A stretch of 64,000 nucleotides of DNA, taken from assembly GCF_009914755.1 (NCBI RefSeq), contig NC_060926.1; one strand, 5' to 3'. The position numbers and the translations under genes are program-made. Of the stretch, positions 1 to 13,525 are shown one piece after another. The stretch comes from the human T2T-CHM13v2.0 reference genome, Homo sapiens. The notes under the pieces were generated by a model. The model made no database searches. It was not told the DNA's origin and worked only from the letters and a program-made list of their open reading frames with translations. The stretch's first letter is position 1; every line of letters begins with the position of its first letter.

Positions 1-453
1 GCCTTTCTCTTTTCTGCCTCTCAGCCCTTCGTGGCCTTCCTCCTGAGGCTTCCTGACTTCCCACAGCTGCCCTGCTTTGTTCCCCGACACACCAGGACAC
101 AGCAGCCGGCAGGAGCCAGAGACCAATCAGTATTTGATAAAGATAAATCTGTGCTCAGAACTGGAACAGATGTTTAGCCAATTAGGAAATGAAACCCTCT
201 GTTGAAGTAGTTCTGCTTCCATCTGAGGACTTTGGATTGAGCTGTTAAAAGGACTCATTTCTTCAAAAATGCTTTGCAGAATCTATCAAAGCAAGGTAAG
301 AGGTTAGGTCATTTGCTCTAGATAACTCAGTTACAATGTGGCTTCAACACAATTACCATTCACAGATGTATAACATCACAAAATCTGAATGTTCTAGAAT
401 GGAAGGGACCTTAAGGCTGTTTTTCACACCTAGTGCAAAAATTCCTCTGCAAC

Positions 454-612
454 CTGGTTACTCAGAGTGTGGTACCTGGACAGCCTCAGCGTTATCTGGG
501 AGCATTCTAGGAATGCAGAATACCAGCCCCCACCCTAGACCTGCTGATTCAGATCTCACATTTTAATAAGATGCAAAGGTGATTCACACACACATAAAAG
601 TGTGAGAAACAC
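454..612 (+). mobile_element. MER5A1-like hAT-Charlie MITE
   Basis: Matches recalled MER5A/A1 consensus: ggttactcagagtgtggtacc...gaatgcagaataccagcccccaccctagacctgctgattcagatctcacattttaataagat...gtgagaaacac. Confidence 0.75.
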
Positions 613-739
613 CATTCTACAATATCCCTGATCAATGAACAGCGTGTCTTAGTTTAAACACATGCAGGCAAGGACGTAGTTTGCTCAATTGCAGGGTGTT
701 CTATTTGGGGATACCTATAAACATCACAATGCACATTTT

Positions 740-1043
740 TATAATAATAAATCTAGTGAATATTTATTGACCTTGGACCATGTGACCTCTTCTCAAAGCT
801 CAACAAGTATATGTTGCCTCATTTAATCCTCACAACAGCTATTTGAGGTAAATACTATTTGTTTTCACTCAATCCCCACAACAAATATATGAGGGGCTAT
901 TCTCTTCTTTCTCATTTTATGAATGAGAAAGCTGAGGCCAGAGAAACTGAGTGACTTGCAACAGGGCTGGGGAGTGGATTGTGAACTCTCACGTAAGTGG
1001 TTTGGCTCCAGAGCCCAGACATAACCAGTATGTTATATGCCTC
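740..1043 (-). mobile_element. MIR SINE
   Basis: MIR core in antisense: ctcatttaatcctcacaac...attttatgaatgagaaagctgaggccagaga...gtgacttgc...ggctccagagccc. Confidence 0.75.
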
Positions 1044-1179
1044 TTTATAGTGAGCAGAAGTGCTCCTTTCTATTGTTTCTGTTCACCTGTCATCTAGAAA
1101 TATGAATAAAATTCTATTTTTTCTATATGAAAACTTCAAATTATTTAAAACCAACTCTTATGATCACTCTCTTTAATAT

Positions 1180-1930
1180 GTTCTTCATATGACTTAATTA
1201 TATATCCTCACCACATTAGTCAAATCCTACTTTGTCACTAAAATGTGGCCTTCAGCATTGTATCTGAAACCTCAGCTATGTGATTTTGAGCAGGGCCAAG
1301 TAGTAAAATTATCTTCAACCTGTATTGAAACAGCATACTTTGAATAATGAGGCCCAAGTACTAATGAATACTTTCATCGTCACAGCATTGATTGATATTG
1401 AGCTCAATGTCTTTTTCACAAAGACTGCTATTAAGCCTAGTCTTTCTAAGTCTGTATTTGTGGAGATGGTTTTTGAACTCCGGAGGGTTTGCTTAAAGCA
1501 AACCTCTCATTAGCATCTTGTGCTTCTGCCTACGCTGAGCTCAAGTGATATCCCAGCACCATCTTCCAGTGTAGTGAGGGCTGTTAGCACCACCACTATC
1601 CAGGCTAGGGCTGAGTAGGGTAAAAACTGCTATCTGTTCTTCTTAAATTTCATCTTGTTAGCTGTGACTCATTATTCATACTGTCAAATCTTTTGAATTC
1701 TTGATTCTATCACTCAGCATTTTTGCTAGCTGGCCCACCCTTCTGTCATCTGAAAATTCGATCAACACACCTTCTGTCTTTATTAAGCAATTTGCAACTG
1801 AAAGTGCTGAATGGTCCAGTTGAAGGAAGTCCCTAGGATAGGACCTGCTCCCAGAGACCTCCCCTGAAGGCTGACTTCAGATTGTTAATCTGTTCTCTTG
1901 AACCAGACATTTAATCATCTTACCATTTTG
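1180..1930 (-). mobile_element. L3/CR1 LINE fragment (RT region)
   Basis: Minus strand 1741-1770 reads V-L-I-E-F-S-D-D-R, resembling the CR1 RT 'LIKFADDT' motif; also ttaaatttcatcttgtta typical of L3. Boundaries approximate. Confidence 0.6.
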
Positions 1931-2136
1931 TAGCTCTTCATACAGCTTCTATGTCTCCATTTCCTAAAGAGAGAGAATGATGGCCAACACCTCATTTTAA
2001 ACCACCAATACCCTCCGGTAATGTGGCCCCGAATGATTATGGTGGAGGCAGCATTTGTTTAGTGGAAGGCACCTGGAATCAGTATTAGAGATAAGGTGGG
2101 TGTGAGCTCCAGCTTTGCGATCTAAATTGTGTACTC

Positions 2137-2750
2137 TGTAGTTAGGGCAGATCAGAGAGGAAACACTAAGAGTTCTACGTAATAGGTGATTTATTGTAGG
2201 AATTTGGATGTATGCGATTGTGGGAGCTGGTTACATATGAAACACTGTTAGTTCAGTGTATATTGTTAGAGCCTAAAGCAGTAGGGTGATCAGTCAGGAA
2301 GAAAAGATGGATATGAACTGGAGGAATACAAGGGCAAGCTAGGACTGGTGAGGATGTCCCAGAACCCACAGAACAGATTAGAATACACATCAGTCTCTCA
2401 TTACTTCCATGGCTCCAGTTTTGATGATGCAGGCGATCTGTAGTAAAAGCTGGCTCCTTTATCACATAGAGAAATATGCCCTTGGTCCTGAAGGGAGAGA
2501 TGCAGTGGGAGTTGGAGGTGCTATGGGCCTGGCCCCTGCCCCATACCAGCCAGGTGAGCCAGCAGGTCAGCAATGATGTGCATGACCTGCAACAGCTGCC
2601 CTGCACTGACCTTCTAAGCACATGAATATGTCTGCTGTTTCATTCTGCCTTTCAAATCTTGTGCAATCTGTCTCCTTTTGCTATAGTAACGGAAACTATG
2701 CAGGGAAGGGAATCTGGGAAACATAGTTTCAGTTTAGCTAAGTTGATATA
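2137..2750 (-). mobile_element. MLT2-family (MLT2E/F-like) ERVL LTR, 3' LTR of the adjacent ERVL remnant
   Basis: Minus strand begins ...tatcaacttagctaaactgaaactatgtttcccagattcccttccctgcata (MLT2-type LTR 5' end), preceded by a PPT-like aaaagagg; other end tgtagttagg at 2137. Confidence 0.65.
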
Positions 2751-3725
2751 TACCTCTTTTAAACATACTTACCCTCCAAATGAAGATAATGGAAAAACTG
2801 TGCTTCAGCCTAATATAATGCAACTATCTCTTATACAACTAAAAACACATAATCCTTTTCCCAAAAAGTGGATACAAATTCCTTTTATTCATCTTTGGGT
2901 GATGTCTATTCTTCTTCTTGTTGAGTCACATTCCTTTTTGATATTTTATAACTTAGATTCTGAGATATAAAGTTAACCATAGCTTATGTTACTTGGTAGG
3001 GGAATGAATAGAAGAGGAAAAGAGAAAACATTTGGTTGTTATGTACCAAATCATATTCATCTTAAAATAAGAAAAAAGTATGAATAACTATTATCATCCT
3101 TGTTTCTGCAACTGACTACATGGTTTTAGCTGCTATTTATTACTACCTTCTTCCCCTACTCATTCCATATTTCCTTTGCCTCTACAAAGTACCTCAGCTG
3201 CTTGTGGTTCCTTATCAGATAGGCTGATTCAAAACTTCATTCCAAAAGGGGTTTGGGATATTAATAGTACTGCCTATAGTGGATTGTTGAAAGTTTCTAT
3301 TGACTTTGATTGTAGGTCCTGGAGTACTAGGAGATGCTCCAGGGATTCTCCTGAATTGCATGTAAATGCCTCCTTGTCTCTAGTATGTAGTAGTAGAAAC
3401 TCTATATCCTCTTAAAAGCATCAGTTATCCTAATTAGTACAGTGGCCTCCATCTTCACTGTTGAATTAGTGCCAGGAGGAACCCAAAGTGCCAGTATCTG
3501 TCAGCTTATAGTTTAAGTAAACATTGTTGTACCTATTGGTGGAAGCAGTCCTCTCTTTGGAATGGAGAGGGCCAAAGTTGGGGGTAAATCAAAACTTTCT
3601 CTTGTGGAATACTAGGAATGACAATAGGAGAAATCACTCCCACTTTCAAAACCCTTATCTCAGGATAAGGAATGAAACGGCTAAGGAAGAAACGGCACCA
3701 TATACTGCTTGCTGATTTAAAGCAC
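2751..3725 (-). mobile_element. ERVL internal remnant: integrase C-terminus, dUTPase and 3' region
   Basis: Minus strand: LNQQAVYGAVS and KVGVISPIVIPSIPQEK (cf. HERV-L LNQRPIYGAVSP...EVGVAPLTITPSDPLAK); 3310-3430 resembles HERV-L dUTPase GVIDPDYQGEIGLLLHNGGKEEYVWNTGDPLGRLLVLP. Confidence 0.75.
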
Positions 3726-3727
3726 AA

Positions 3728-4563
<836 letters not shown>

Positions 4564-4751
4564 CATCACTTGCAAGATGACTTCAGGTCATTAATCTACT
4601 CCAGGGCCAGGTGATGAATCATCTAAATACCTGGATAACACTTTCATGCAGCCTATCTCCATTTTCTCCAGGAAGGTGACATCTGGTCACTCTATTTAAA
4701 ACCACCACCCTTATACCAGTTACACAGCCTTGATCTATTACAGTGAGGGCC

Positions 4752-5110
4752 ATAGTAGTATAGTAGAAATAAATACATGTAGTCAACATAAGAATGAGCT
4801 AGGTTTGTACCATGGTTTTGCCACTTATGCCTAAATGTTTCCTTGGGCAGGTCAGTTTCTTCAACAAAAATCCAACTCACAGAGTTGATATGAAGACTAT
4901 ATGTGATACTATGTAGGATGGAGAATGAATTTACATCTATAGAGCCCTTTTATATTCAGACACTTTATGGATTGTGTGTGTTGAATCTATGTGCATTTTT
5001 ATTACCTGTTAGCAGATGAGGGACAGAGGTTCTGCCAAGTGGTTTCACTTGCCCAGACTCGCACTCTGAGGAGGTGGTGGAAGAAGGATGTGAACTCAAG
5101 CTGTTTTGTT
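4752..5110. mobile_element. Two MIR fragments in opposite orientation (~4752-4915 +, ~4940-5110 -)
   Basis: ttttgccactta...ccttgggcaggtcagttt (+) and gcagatgagggacagagg...cacttgcccagactcgcac (-). Confidence 0.55.
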
Positions 5111-5900
5111 TGCAAACCAGCGTATTCTCTTCATTTGGCCTTTTCCCACTTTGCCATGGAAAAACGCAAACCCTAAAATACCAGCAGTGTATAAATACAG
5201 GTTCTGTGCTGTTCTTTGTGAATTCATGCTCAAGTTCACTGATCCTTCCTTCTCCAATTGCCTAGAAATTCTCTGTCTAGCCATCTGGGGACTCTATCTT
5301 TAAAAAGATCAGAGTGTGTTTTTCTTTTTTTTTTTAATTCTTATTAAAAAACCTTATGGTTTTATTGTATCATGAGACATTGAAATATCTGAAAAAAATC
5401 AATGTCTGGGTGGTGAGGCAGCTGCTTTCTCCTTCACTTCCTTGAGTAATTAGAGCAACTTGTCAGTAGATTTTTTTTTTTTTAAAAAAAGGACAAACCT
5501 TTGCATTACTTAAGCCTTTCTAAGGCATGTGCTAGTACAACACAAATTTCTCCAGTCCTATGCAAGTTGTCTAGCAACCAAACATCATGAACATGTCGGT
5601 GGCAGCAGTGCACCGTACCCACTCCCACAACTGCCCTGCTCATTTGTGTATGATATTTGGAGCAACTAGAGGAGTGTGAATAGTACTGGGAAGAGGCAGC
5701 AGGAGGAAACAGCACGAGTGCCTGGCTGGGAGGAGGCCAGCCCTTGTTGCGCAGGGCAAGCCTGAACATGTCATTGGTGCGAACCCACACCTTCTTGATG
5801 TTCTTTAATAGGAACATCTGGTGGAACCCTATGATGGAGTCTTCATCTGCCTTAAGTTGGCCTACAACCATGCTGAGGATGCAGCTATCTGGTATAGGCC

Positions 5901-7274
5901 TGTTACTGGGAAGTGCAGGAATCCTTGTTTCTTAGTCTTACTTGGAAGAAAAAATTCTGCCAAGAGAAAATTTAGCACTCCCACCTCCAAAAGAAAGATA
6001 ATTTATTGAAGGAAAATAGAGAGCAGAGAGTTTATTCAGAGAGACAGGATACTCTGAAAGACGAGGCAGAGTGGGCTGCTGAAAGAGAATGAGCCAGTAG
6101 TCTCTGAGAGTTCTGCACTCAATTTTTATGGTACCAGATTTTTTCTTGAAGTTCCCACCTCTGTTGTAAGTCTCCGCCTTTTTTCTTTGTTTAATTTTCC
6201 TGCTTCTGCCTTAAGTCCCCCGTTTTCCCATCTAGTTCCCACCCCAGGCTTGTGGGACCTTTCCTTACTGAAGCAGCCTCATCGTCTAGGGTAACACCTG
6301 AGGTTCTTTGTCTCATGGCCATGGAGATCAAGGATGCAGACACAAAAAGAATGAGGTTAAGAGCAGAAATTTAATAGGCATAAGAAAGAGGAGAGCTCTG
6401 CTATAGAGAGGGGTCCTGGGAAAATGAGTTGTTCATCCACAGTGAAATGCAGGGGTTTTTATACGTGAGCTAGTGGGGAGGCAGTGTCTGATCTACATAG
6501 GGTGCAAAAAACAAGAGGGCCATCTGCATAGGGTGTGAATCTCGACACCCCCCACCCCAATCTTTTATTATGCAGGTGGGTTCTCTGTCTGAGCATCTCC
6601 ATGTTGCCTAGTTCTTTCTTATTGTACACATGCTAACAAAAAAGGGAAGGCGGACCCCTATGGTGGACATGCCTGGCCCCCAGGTAGCCCTGTTGATGTA
6701 GCTGCAGGCCTCCCCTTGTGCAAGCTTCTAGCTTCCTTATCTATGTTTGCAGCTCCATCTTTCAGGCTGCTCTTTGCTAGAAAAGAAGTAATGTCTAGGG
6801 CTGCTTTTCTGTTAGAAGGGAAGTTCTGCCGAGGACTCTTTCCCCCTCACTATCTGCCTAAATAATTTCTTTCTATCTCCTTTATCGTTACTATTAGTTG
6901 GTGCACATGCATGGGCCCAGTTTTGGATAGGAATTCTACTGAATGGCTGCGTTGCTCATTACTGCCACCCCAGGAAGGTTGTATAGCATTCAAATCTTAT
7001 GTATTCTGCCTGCATATCTCTTAGGAATTTTTCTGTTGCCTTCTTTTTGCCTTATCAGCATGTAGCTAGCTACATTCTGACCAGTTAACTGCAGAGTGAG
7101 TGATTACTGGGCATCTTAAGGGGTGTTCCTTTCTGCAGAGGTATTTCTCCTCCTCTCTGCTCATATCTAGCATGCATGTTTTGGATGGTCCCTGGGGTGT
7201 GAGATTTTCCAGACCTCCCTTTTCTCAGGGGCTCTTCCTTCCTGCTCATTTCTAGCTATCTGCCTACTCTACCA
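5901..7274 (-). mobile_element. MER50-family (MER50B-like) ERV1 solo LTR, in two parts 5901-6268 and 6892-7274
   Basis: Minus strand starts tggtagagtaggcagatagctagaaatgagcagg (MER50-type start); other end tgttact at 5901; 4-bp TSD ggcc (5897-5900) / ggct (7275-7278) restores the NUTF2 codons. Confidence 0.8.
6269..6887 (-). mobile_element. LTR9-family ERV1 solo LTR nested in the MER50-like LTR
   Basis: Minus strand starts cgataaaggagatagaaagaaattatttaggcagatagtgagggg (LTR9-type start); other end tgaagcagcctc; perfect TSD ttac at 6265-6268 and 6888-6891; TATA-like tataaaaa at ~6456-6463 (-). Confidence 0.85.
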
Positions 7275-7669
7275 GGCTGATGACCTTGCACCATGATGCT
7301 GTGCTGGATTTTCTGGAACAGAAGGGAAGGCTAGTTTTCTCCTGGAACAGCTGTCCTTCCCATGTAAGGCGTGACATGTCAATGTAAATTGCACCTACTT
7401 GGGTTGTATTGTAATCAAATAACTGGTAGTAATGTTGAATGAAGCTGGGTCCAATCTGCTCCCAAATTGGCTTGCCTCATATTCTGGAGCATCACTGGCC
7501 TCACTGAGACTCAAGGGGCTGGCACAGGGGCAGCAGCAACACAGTGCGCTCTGCGACCACTGTCCCTTTTCCCTTGCCTTCCCTTGCCCGCTCCACTGCA
7601 CTCTTGTTTTTGCTTGAAATTTTATTTTCCCATTTTGAAAATTGCCTTTCTATATATTTAGCAGAAACT

Positions 7670-7850
7670 ATATTTAGTGTTCAAAGCACTTGAACGTATG
7701 TTCTCTCATTTAACAATCTGTGGAATGGAGGAACTTGTCTTTATTTTATACGCAAGAAACTGTGGCTTGGGTAGGTTAAGAATGTATCAAAGATTACGAA
7801 ACTGGTAAATGGAGAAGCCTCCTCCCTCTAGCTTCAGGGATTTTTTTGCA
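7670..7850 (-). mobile_element. MIR SINE
   Basis: ttttatacgcaagaaactgtggcttgggtaggttaagaatgtatcaaagattac...ctggtaaatggag. Confidence 0.6.
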
Positions 7851-8679
7851 CTCTCTGTCAGTGCTGCAAGAGCCTCTAAATATCTGTTATCTCTGGGAAG
7901 CCAGTTTTCTCTTTTGCCTTTTATACCAGACATAGCTTCCTTTAGAAATATATGGGCGTATTGTAACTCTCATAGAAGTTCTTTCATCAGTGGGCTACAG
8001 AAGGTCCTGAAATTTCTCAGGAGAACTTAATTCCAAAATTCTGTTAGAAGGAACACCCCACCAAAAGCCAGAACCATCAAAACTGAACAAGCGTCTAGTT
8101 TATCAGGCATGTGGTCTTCTCTCAGCATATCTTATACTGAGAGTAATAGGATAATAAAAATGTTCTCGATATGCACCGCCAGCTTACTTTATTTCAGATA
8201 TTATTAAACTAGTCTTCTCTCAAACCTCCTATTAAAAAAACCCACAAAACTCTTGAAAGAAGAATGATAAATGCTTTAAAAGTCCATCATTGAGCCAATA
8301 AGAAAGTTACATTCATATGGCCCAAAAAGCATGAAAGCAGAAGTAAGAGGGTGAGAAAATTACAGAATGTAACTTTTTCACTGAGGCCACCTACTGCTTC
8401 CTGGGATGAGCTTCAGATTTTAAGGTTGGGATAAGAAGTCAATACAAAGAGTTCACCTTGTGTGGTGGGTCTAATAAGAGCCCATTGTGTAAAAGCCTAT
8501 AACCTAAGAAGAGGTTCTAAAACACTACAGAAATCCTTACCAATTCTATTTATGTTTTTTGTTTCCCCAACATTAGGTTGGCCCATGTCAGAATATTGAT
8601 TCTTGACTATTATTGACCTATAAGTGTGGCAGTTTCATGTGATTTAATGTAATAGAATGTCATTGAGATTTTTGCTCCT

Positions 8680-8762
8680 GGCTGTATCTCCAATGCCTAG
8701 AAGAGCATCAGGTACATAGTAGGTACTGAATAAACATTTGTTGATGTGATGAATGAATAAAA
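8680..8762 (+). mobile_element. L2 3' end
   Basis: ctgtatctccaatgcctagaagagcatcaggtacatagtaggtactgaataaacatttgttga...gaatgaat. Confidence 0.75.
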
Positions 8763-9855
8763 TCAAATTGGAAACCAATCATCAAAAACAAGTAGAATAA
8801 CTGCGTATGTGAGTTAAATCACATTTAAACAACCCATAACAAAAGAAGAATTGATAATAAAAATGAAAGGAAATCTAAGTTTAATATCTGCTAGAAACAG
8901 AAGGAAAAAATAGGAAGCAGGTGGTGGTCTCTTGGAGTTGCCTTTAGTGAGATTTGACCAGATAACTGGGTAAACACATTGACTTCTAGGCTCCCCACTG
9001 TACTCTTCTTAGCTGTTATTTGCCAGCTTGAAATTTCTGATTTTCATTACCATCTGAATAACACAGATATTAAAAAATAAAAAACTCGTCTTTTCAATGT
9101 TTATAACCAAATGTAATTTCCTTGAGTAATGTACAAGTTCATATTCATAAGAGAAATATGGAATCTCAATTAAAAGTCCTATGATGTGGAGCTTTGAAGC
9201 CCTCCTTTCAAGAGTTATCCAAGATTATGTGACGTTTCCTCACCACCCCGTCTCTCTTTCATATTTAATCAGATACTGAGATTAGAGATGCAATTTCCTT
9301 TTTGTGTCTAGGGAGGTTTATCAGAATGCTGCACACTATTGCTTCCACTCTGCTTCTCCTCATCCCCAGGTTATAGGACCAAAGTGTCTATCTTACAGTT
9401 ATTCATTGGAAATTATTTACTTTCTTGATTTAATGAACAAAAATACTGTGAAGTCACATTTTGTGTGGTGGTCAAGTTCAAAAGTCAACAAGTAAGGTGA
9501 AAATCATATATCATTAAAACTTCACATTAAAACCTTTCTGCTACCCATAAATTAAAATATGCAAAGTTTTAAATGTACAATCTTTAGTATTCCTGTGTAC
9601 TGGATGAGAACCACTGAATTAACTAAAGACATAAATAAGAGAGAAGCAGATCAGTAGATGTACAGCTATTCAAATCCTCTGTCTTAAACAAGACTATGAA
9701 ATTCATGGGGAGGACCATCGGGTAGGTGGAGACTCCTAAAGTACTTTTTGTTTTAATGGTATGCCTCTACCTGTATTACATGTGCATGTATTCATTCATA
9801 TTGAGGATGACATATTGCATTTTATGTAGGAGTCAGGGCCTAACCCTAGGGCTGA

Positions 9856-10340
<485 letters not shown>

Positions 10341-10729
10341 TATGCATTTCTCTTATATAAACAAAAGGGATCATTGGGTACCAAATAGAGAATCAAGTTT
10401 TGGGCTAAATTGTTTACATACTGAACCCGCACAGCCAGAATGCCTCCTTCCTAGAAAAAGTGTGGTTGTGAGAGAGGTGAGTGGGCCTATTAGGTCCTGG
10501 GAGAGAGTGAGAACTTCAGCCTGTGGTTGTATACCAGATCTGCTGTGAGGATGGCAACCTACTGTAACAAAGGTCTGTTCAGCCCAGACATGCGTGAGTG
10601 AGATTTTCAGCTGGGCCTGGGATTAGAGTCTAGGTGCTTTAGGTAATGCCAGATCTGTTAGAGATATTTTCTTCCAGAGTTCCCCCTTGTTCTCCACTGC
10701 TTCTGGGGCAGGAAGACTAAGAAGAGACC

Positions 10730-11560
10730 CAGAGGTAATTTTACCATGAAGATAATAAAGCTACAGTATAGGGTTCTGCAATTGCATGAGTCCCTTTCAA
10801 TATATGGGGAGGAGTCTTAGCAATATGATCAAATGATCATTTTTTCAAAATTTGTGACATTAAGATATTTTAAATGCAGTCAGCTAAGGCCACTCTTTCT
10901 TTCTCCCCAACTTCTCCAGACAAATCCTATTAGTTTGTTTTTGGTGGAGTAGTTGTAGACATTTCTGGGATCCAGCTAAGGGGAGAGTTGCATTGGAATT
11001 ACAGTGAGTTGGGGTTTTGTGATTCACACATAAGTCACTTCCTGGCAGAGGTAAGTTGTAGCTGACTGTCCTGCTGCATGAATGGCTTCCAGGATGCTCT
11101 TGCCACCTGCTGAGATGACCTGCCTGGTGCTGGCAGGAGGATGTGAGGCCAGAAGCTATGCTGCCATGTGAATATGTCTTACACAGCCCGGCACTGGATG
11201 CCGACGGGCAGTGGAGGAGAAACCTGAAGAGAAAAAGACTAAGTTATGGTTCCTTCCCTGCCTTGAAAATGATGTCATAAAATTATTGGCATGTACAGCT
11301 GAAAATGTAGGAAATGTACCAAAAAAAGTATGTTAGGCAGTTAATTAATACAAATATTGTGTGCTTTATCTTCATTTTATGATGTTTGTGGTATTTGTCA
11401 GTTTTCTAAAATTTGCGTGCTATGATATACTTTGTCTTTTCTTTATAAGTACATATTCACTTTTATGCAAAATTTTGTTTTTGTAACTGCATTCATTTCT
11501 AAAATGGGCTGTCAAAATTGTACATAAACTTCAGGTCTCACTATAGCTGCATCTCTGCAG
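10730..11560 (+). mobile_element. Arthur1/MER69-like hAT-Tip100 DNA transposon
   Basis: Start cagaggtaattttaccatgaagataataaagct and end caaaattgtacataaacttcaggtctcac resemble recalled Arthur1 termini. Confidence 0.55.
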
Positions 11561-13229
11561 GCTGGACTCTTGGCCAAAGAATGTTTCCATACCCTACCAA
11601 GGCTTTTCTTGCTTGCTTAGGACATTCATCCACTGCAGGGACATATGTCTCATGAGCTTCAGAGGTCACCAATCTTTTAAAGGCTACCTGAAATTGAGGA
11701 CAGGTTGCAGTGCCCAGAGCTGGGTAGCATATGAAGTCTGGCCTCTGATCTTTGACAGTAAACTCTCTCTTTTTATAGGGAAGAACAAAGAATGGCCAGT
11801 GTGCAGACCATGAACCAGAAAGAGGAGGCTGCTTTCCTTCTTATTTGGGAGAAAAAAGACAAATGAATACTTTGCTTTCATTCCCAGTTGCCCCTGGCTT
11901 GTGTGACCCAGAGGGTGGCAAAATCAGATAGAAGTTCTTTCCCTAGACAGAGGTGATCTTCAAAGCCATTGTTAGAGAGAAGTACTGCTAGTCTAGGAGG
12001 CAGAAGACTCAAGTTCTTATTCATCAAGCTACTTCTGCCTCCCTGTGATTTACATTCCTGTTCTGTAAAATGGGAATTTTAGTCCCTTGCTTGATTGTGT
12101 TAAAGGACGTATTACACAATGCTAGCTACAGAGCCACGGAAACGTGAAATTCACTAAGTCCGTGTAAGAGATTTGATGAGCAGAAGAAAGTATTAAGGAT
12201 AAAAATCAATACTGTTATTTAGCTAAACTTTCAGAAAATATTTTCCTGGACTAGCCGTGGGCTACAATAGGGGGGTCCTGATTAATTATGGTCAGGGAGG
12301 CTCAGAAGATCTGGAGTTCTATAATAATGCAGTCTAATTCATGGGGGCTAATTTGTTCAAGCCTAGCCATGTTTGTCAGTATAATTGAAAGGAGAATCAT
12401 CAGATTCCAAGTGCCCCAGCCAGTAGAAGACCCAGGGGACTGTGCTCTCGTTCTGCCTGGAGACCTCGCTAGGCTACTTGTTTCCAGGCTGGCAGGAAGG
12501 GAGGAAACCTTCTTTCTGGATTTTGGGCTGCCTATTAATCAACATCACTTTCCTCATTAATATAAAGGCATCCTCAGCTGCACATTTTGAGGAGCTTCCA
12601 ACAATTCATTTTTCCTCTGGTTACAGAAAAATCAGCCTTCATAATGAGGAGGAAAGCTGTGTTTTTCACAGAGCTAAATATTAATTCTTTCAGTTTGTCA
12701 TTTACATATCCCTCAAATTAGGTTTACTTTTTCAGTTTACATGACTGAAGCCCCACAGCTAGAAGATATACAATTAACACTCTTTCTCTGGGTAGGGTCA
12801 GAGGGCCTGCTTTGTGGGCTCAGGTTTCTCTGAAGACAGTCGCTGAAGGTACATGAGAAATGGAAATTTAATTGGCATAACTAGGAGGATCTCCTTGAAG
12901 GCTGAGAAGATTTTCCTCGGCCGGTTGTTTCCAGACAAACAATGTTGGCCAGGGAGTGATTCCACTTTCATGTCTCTTCCCTCCACAGAGGGGAAGCGCC
13001 AGCCACTGCCTGTATGCCTTTAGGGACAGGCCCTACTCTTCTCTGCCAAGATCAAGGAGTCCAGTGGCCACTCAGGGGGTATTGTCTCTTTGCCAGCGCT
13101 AGTGGTCTGCATGTGTCAACTAGATCTTCACCAAGGTTTATAGATGCCTTGCTCAAAAACTTGCCTTGATGTTAAAACAGATGGACTGAGTACTTTCTCC
13201 TGCAAGAAGCCTGTATGGATGTCTCAATA

Positions 13230-13525
13230 CCTCTTCTCTTCCTCCCTCTCTTCCTCCCTCCCACTATTCCCTCCTTCCCTCCATTACCTCCTCCCCTTCT
13301 TCCCCTCCCTTCCTATCTCCTTTCTTCTCTGCTTCCCTCCCTCTCTTCCTCCCTCACTTCATTTCCTTGTTCCCTTCTTCTGCCTCCTTACCTCCCCGCT
13401 CCCTATCTTCTTTCTTCCTTCCCTCCATTCCTTCTTCCCTTCCTCCCCCTCCTTCCCTCCCTCTCTTCCTCCCTATCTTCTTTCCTCCCTCCCTTTCCAT
13501 TCCTCTCTTTCCCTCCTTGCCTTTC
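13230..13525. repeat. Polypyrimidine (CT/CCTT-rich) low-complexity tract
   Basis: ~295 bp almost entirely C/T; internal repeat cttccctccctctcttcctccct present twice. Confidence 0.9.

Larger units (their letters stand above)
5319..7600 (-). pseudogene. NUTF2P: Processed pseudogene of NUTF2 (nuclear transport factor 2), split by a nested LTR insertion at 5901-7274
   Basis: Minus strand from 7482: I*GKPIWEQIGPSFIQHYYQLFDYNTTQVGAIYIDMSRLTWEGQLFQEK..SLPF.QKIQHSIMVQGHQP, then the insertion, then [49 protein letters not shown]. Intronless, with 3'UTR, AATAAA (tttatt 5361-5366) and poly(A) (T-tract ~5319-5335). Disablements: ATG->ATA, stop at codon 2, loss of AAIVEKLS, frameshift, stop->TGG. Confidence 0.95.

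Noticed and set aside
5300-7620. TSD and numbered identity for the NUTF2 pseudogene
   Set aside because: Only a weak tgttttt match at both ends; the specific NUTF2P number cannot be assigned without mapping
12270-12720. Apparent TAAT/homeobox-motif-rich unique segment (possible enhancer)
   Set aside because: About ten motifs in 450 bp is close to expectation for AT-rich DNA; conservation cannot be assessed here
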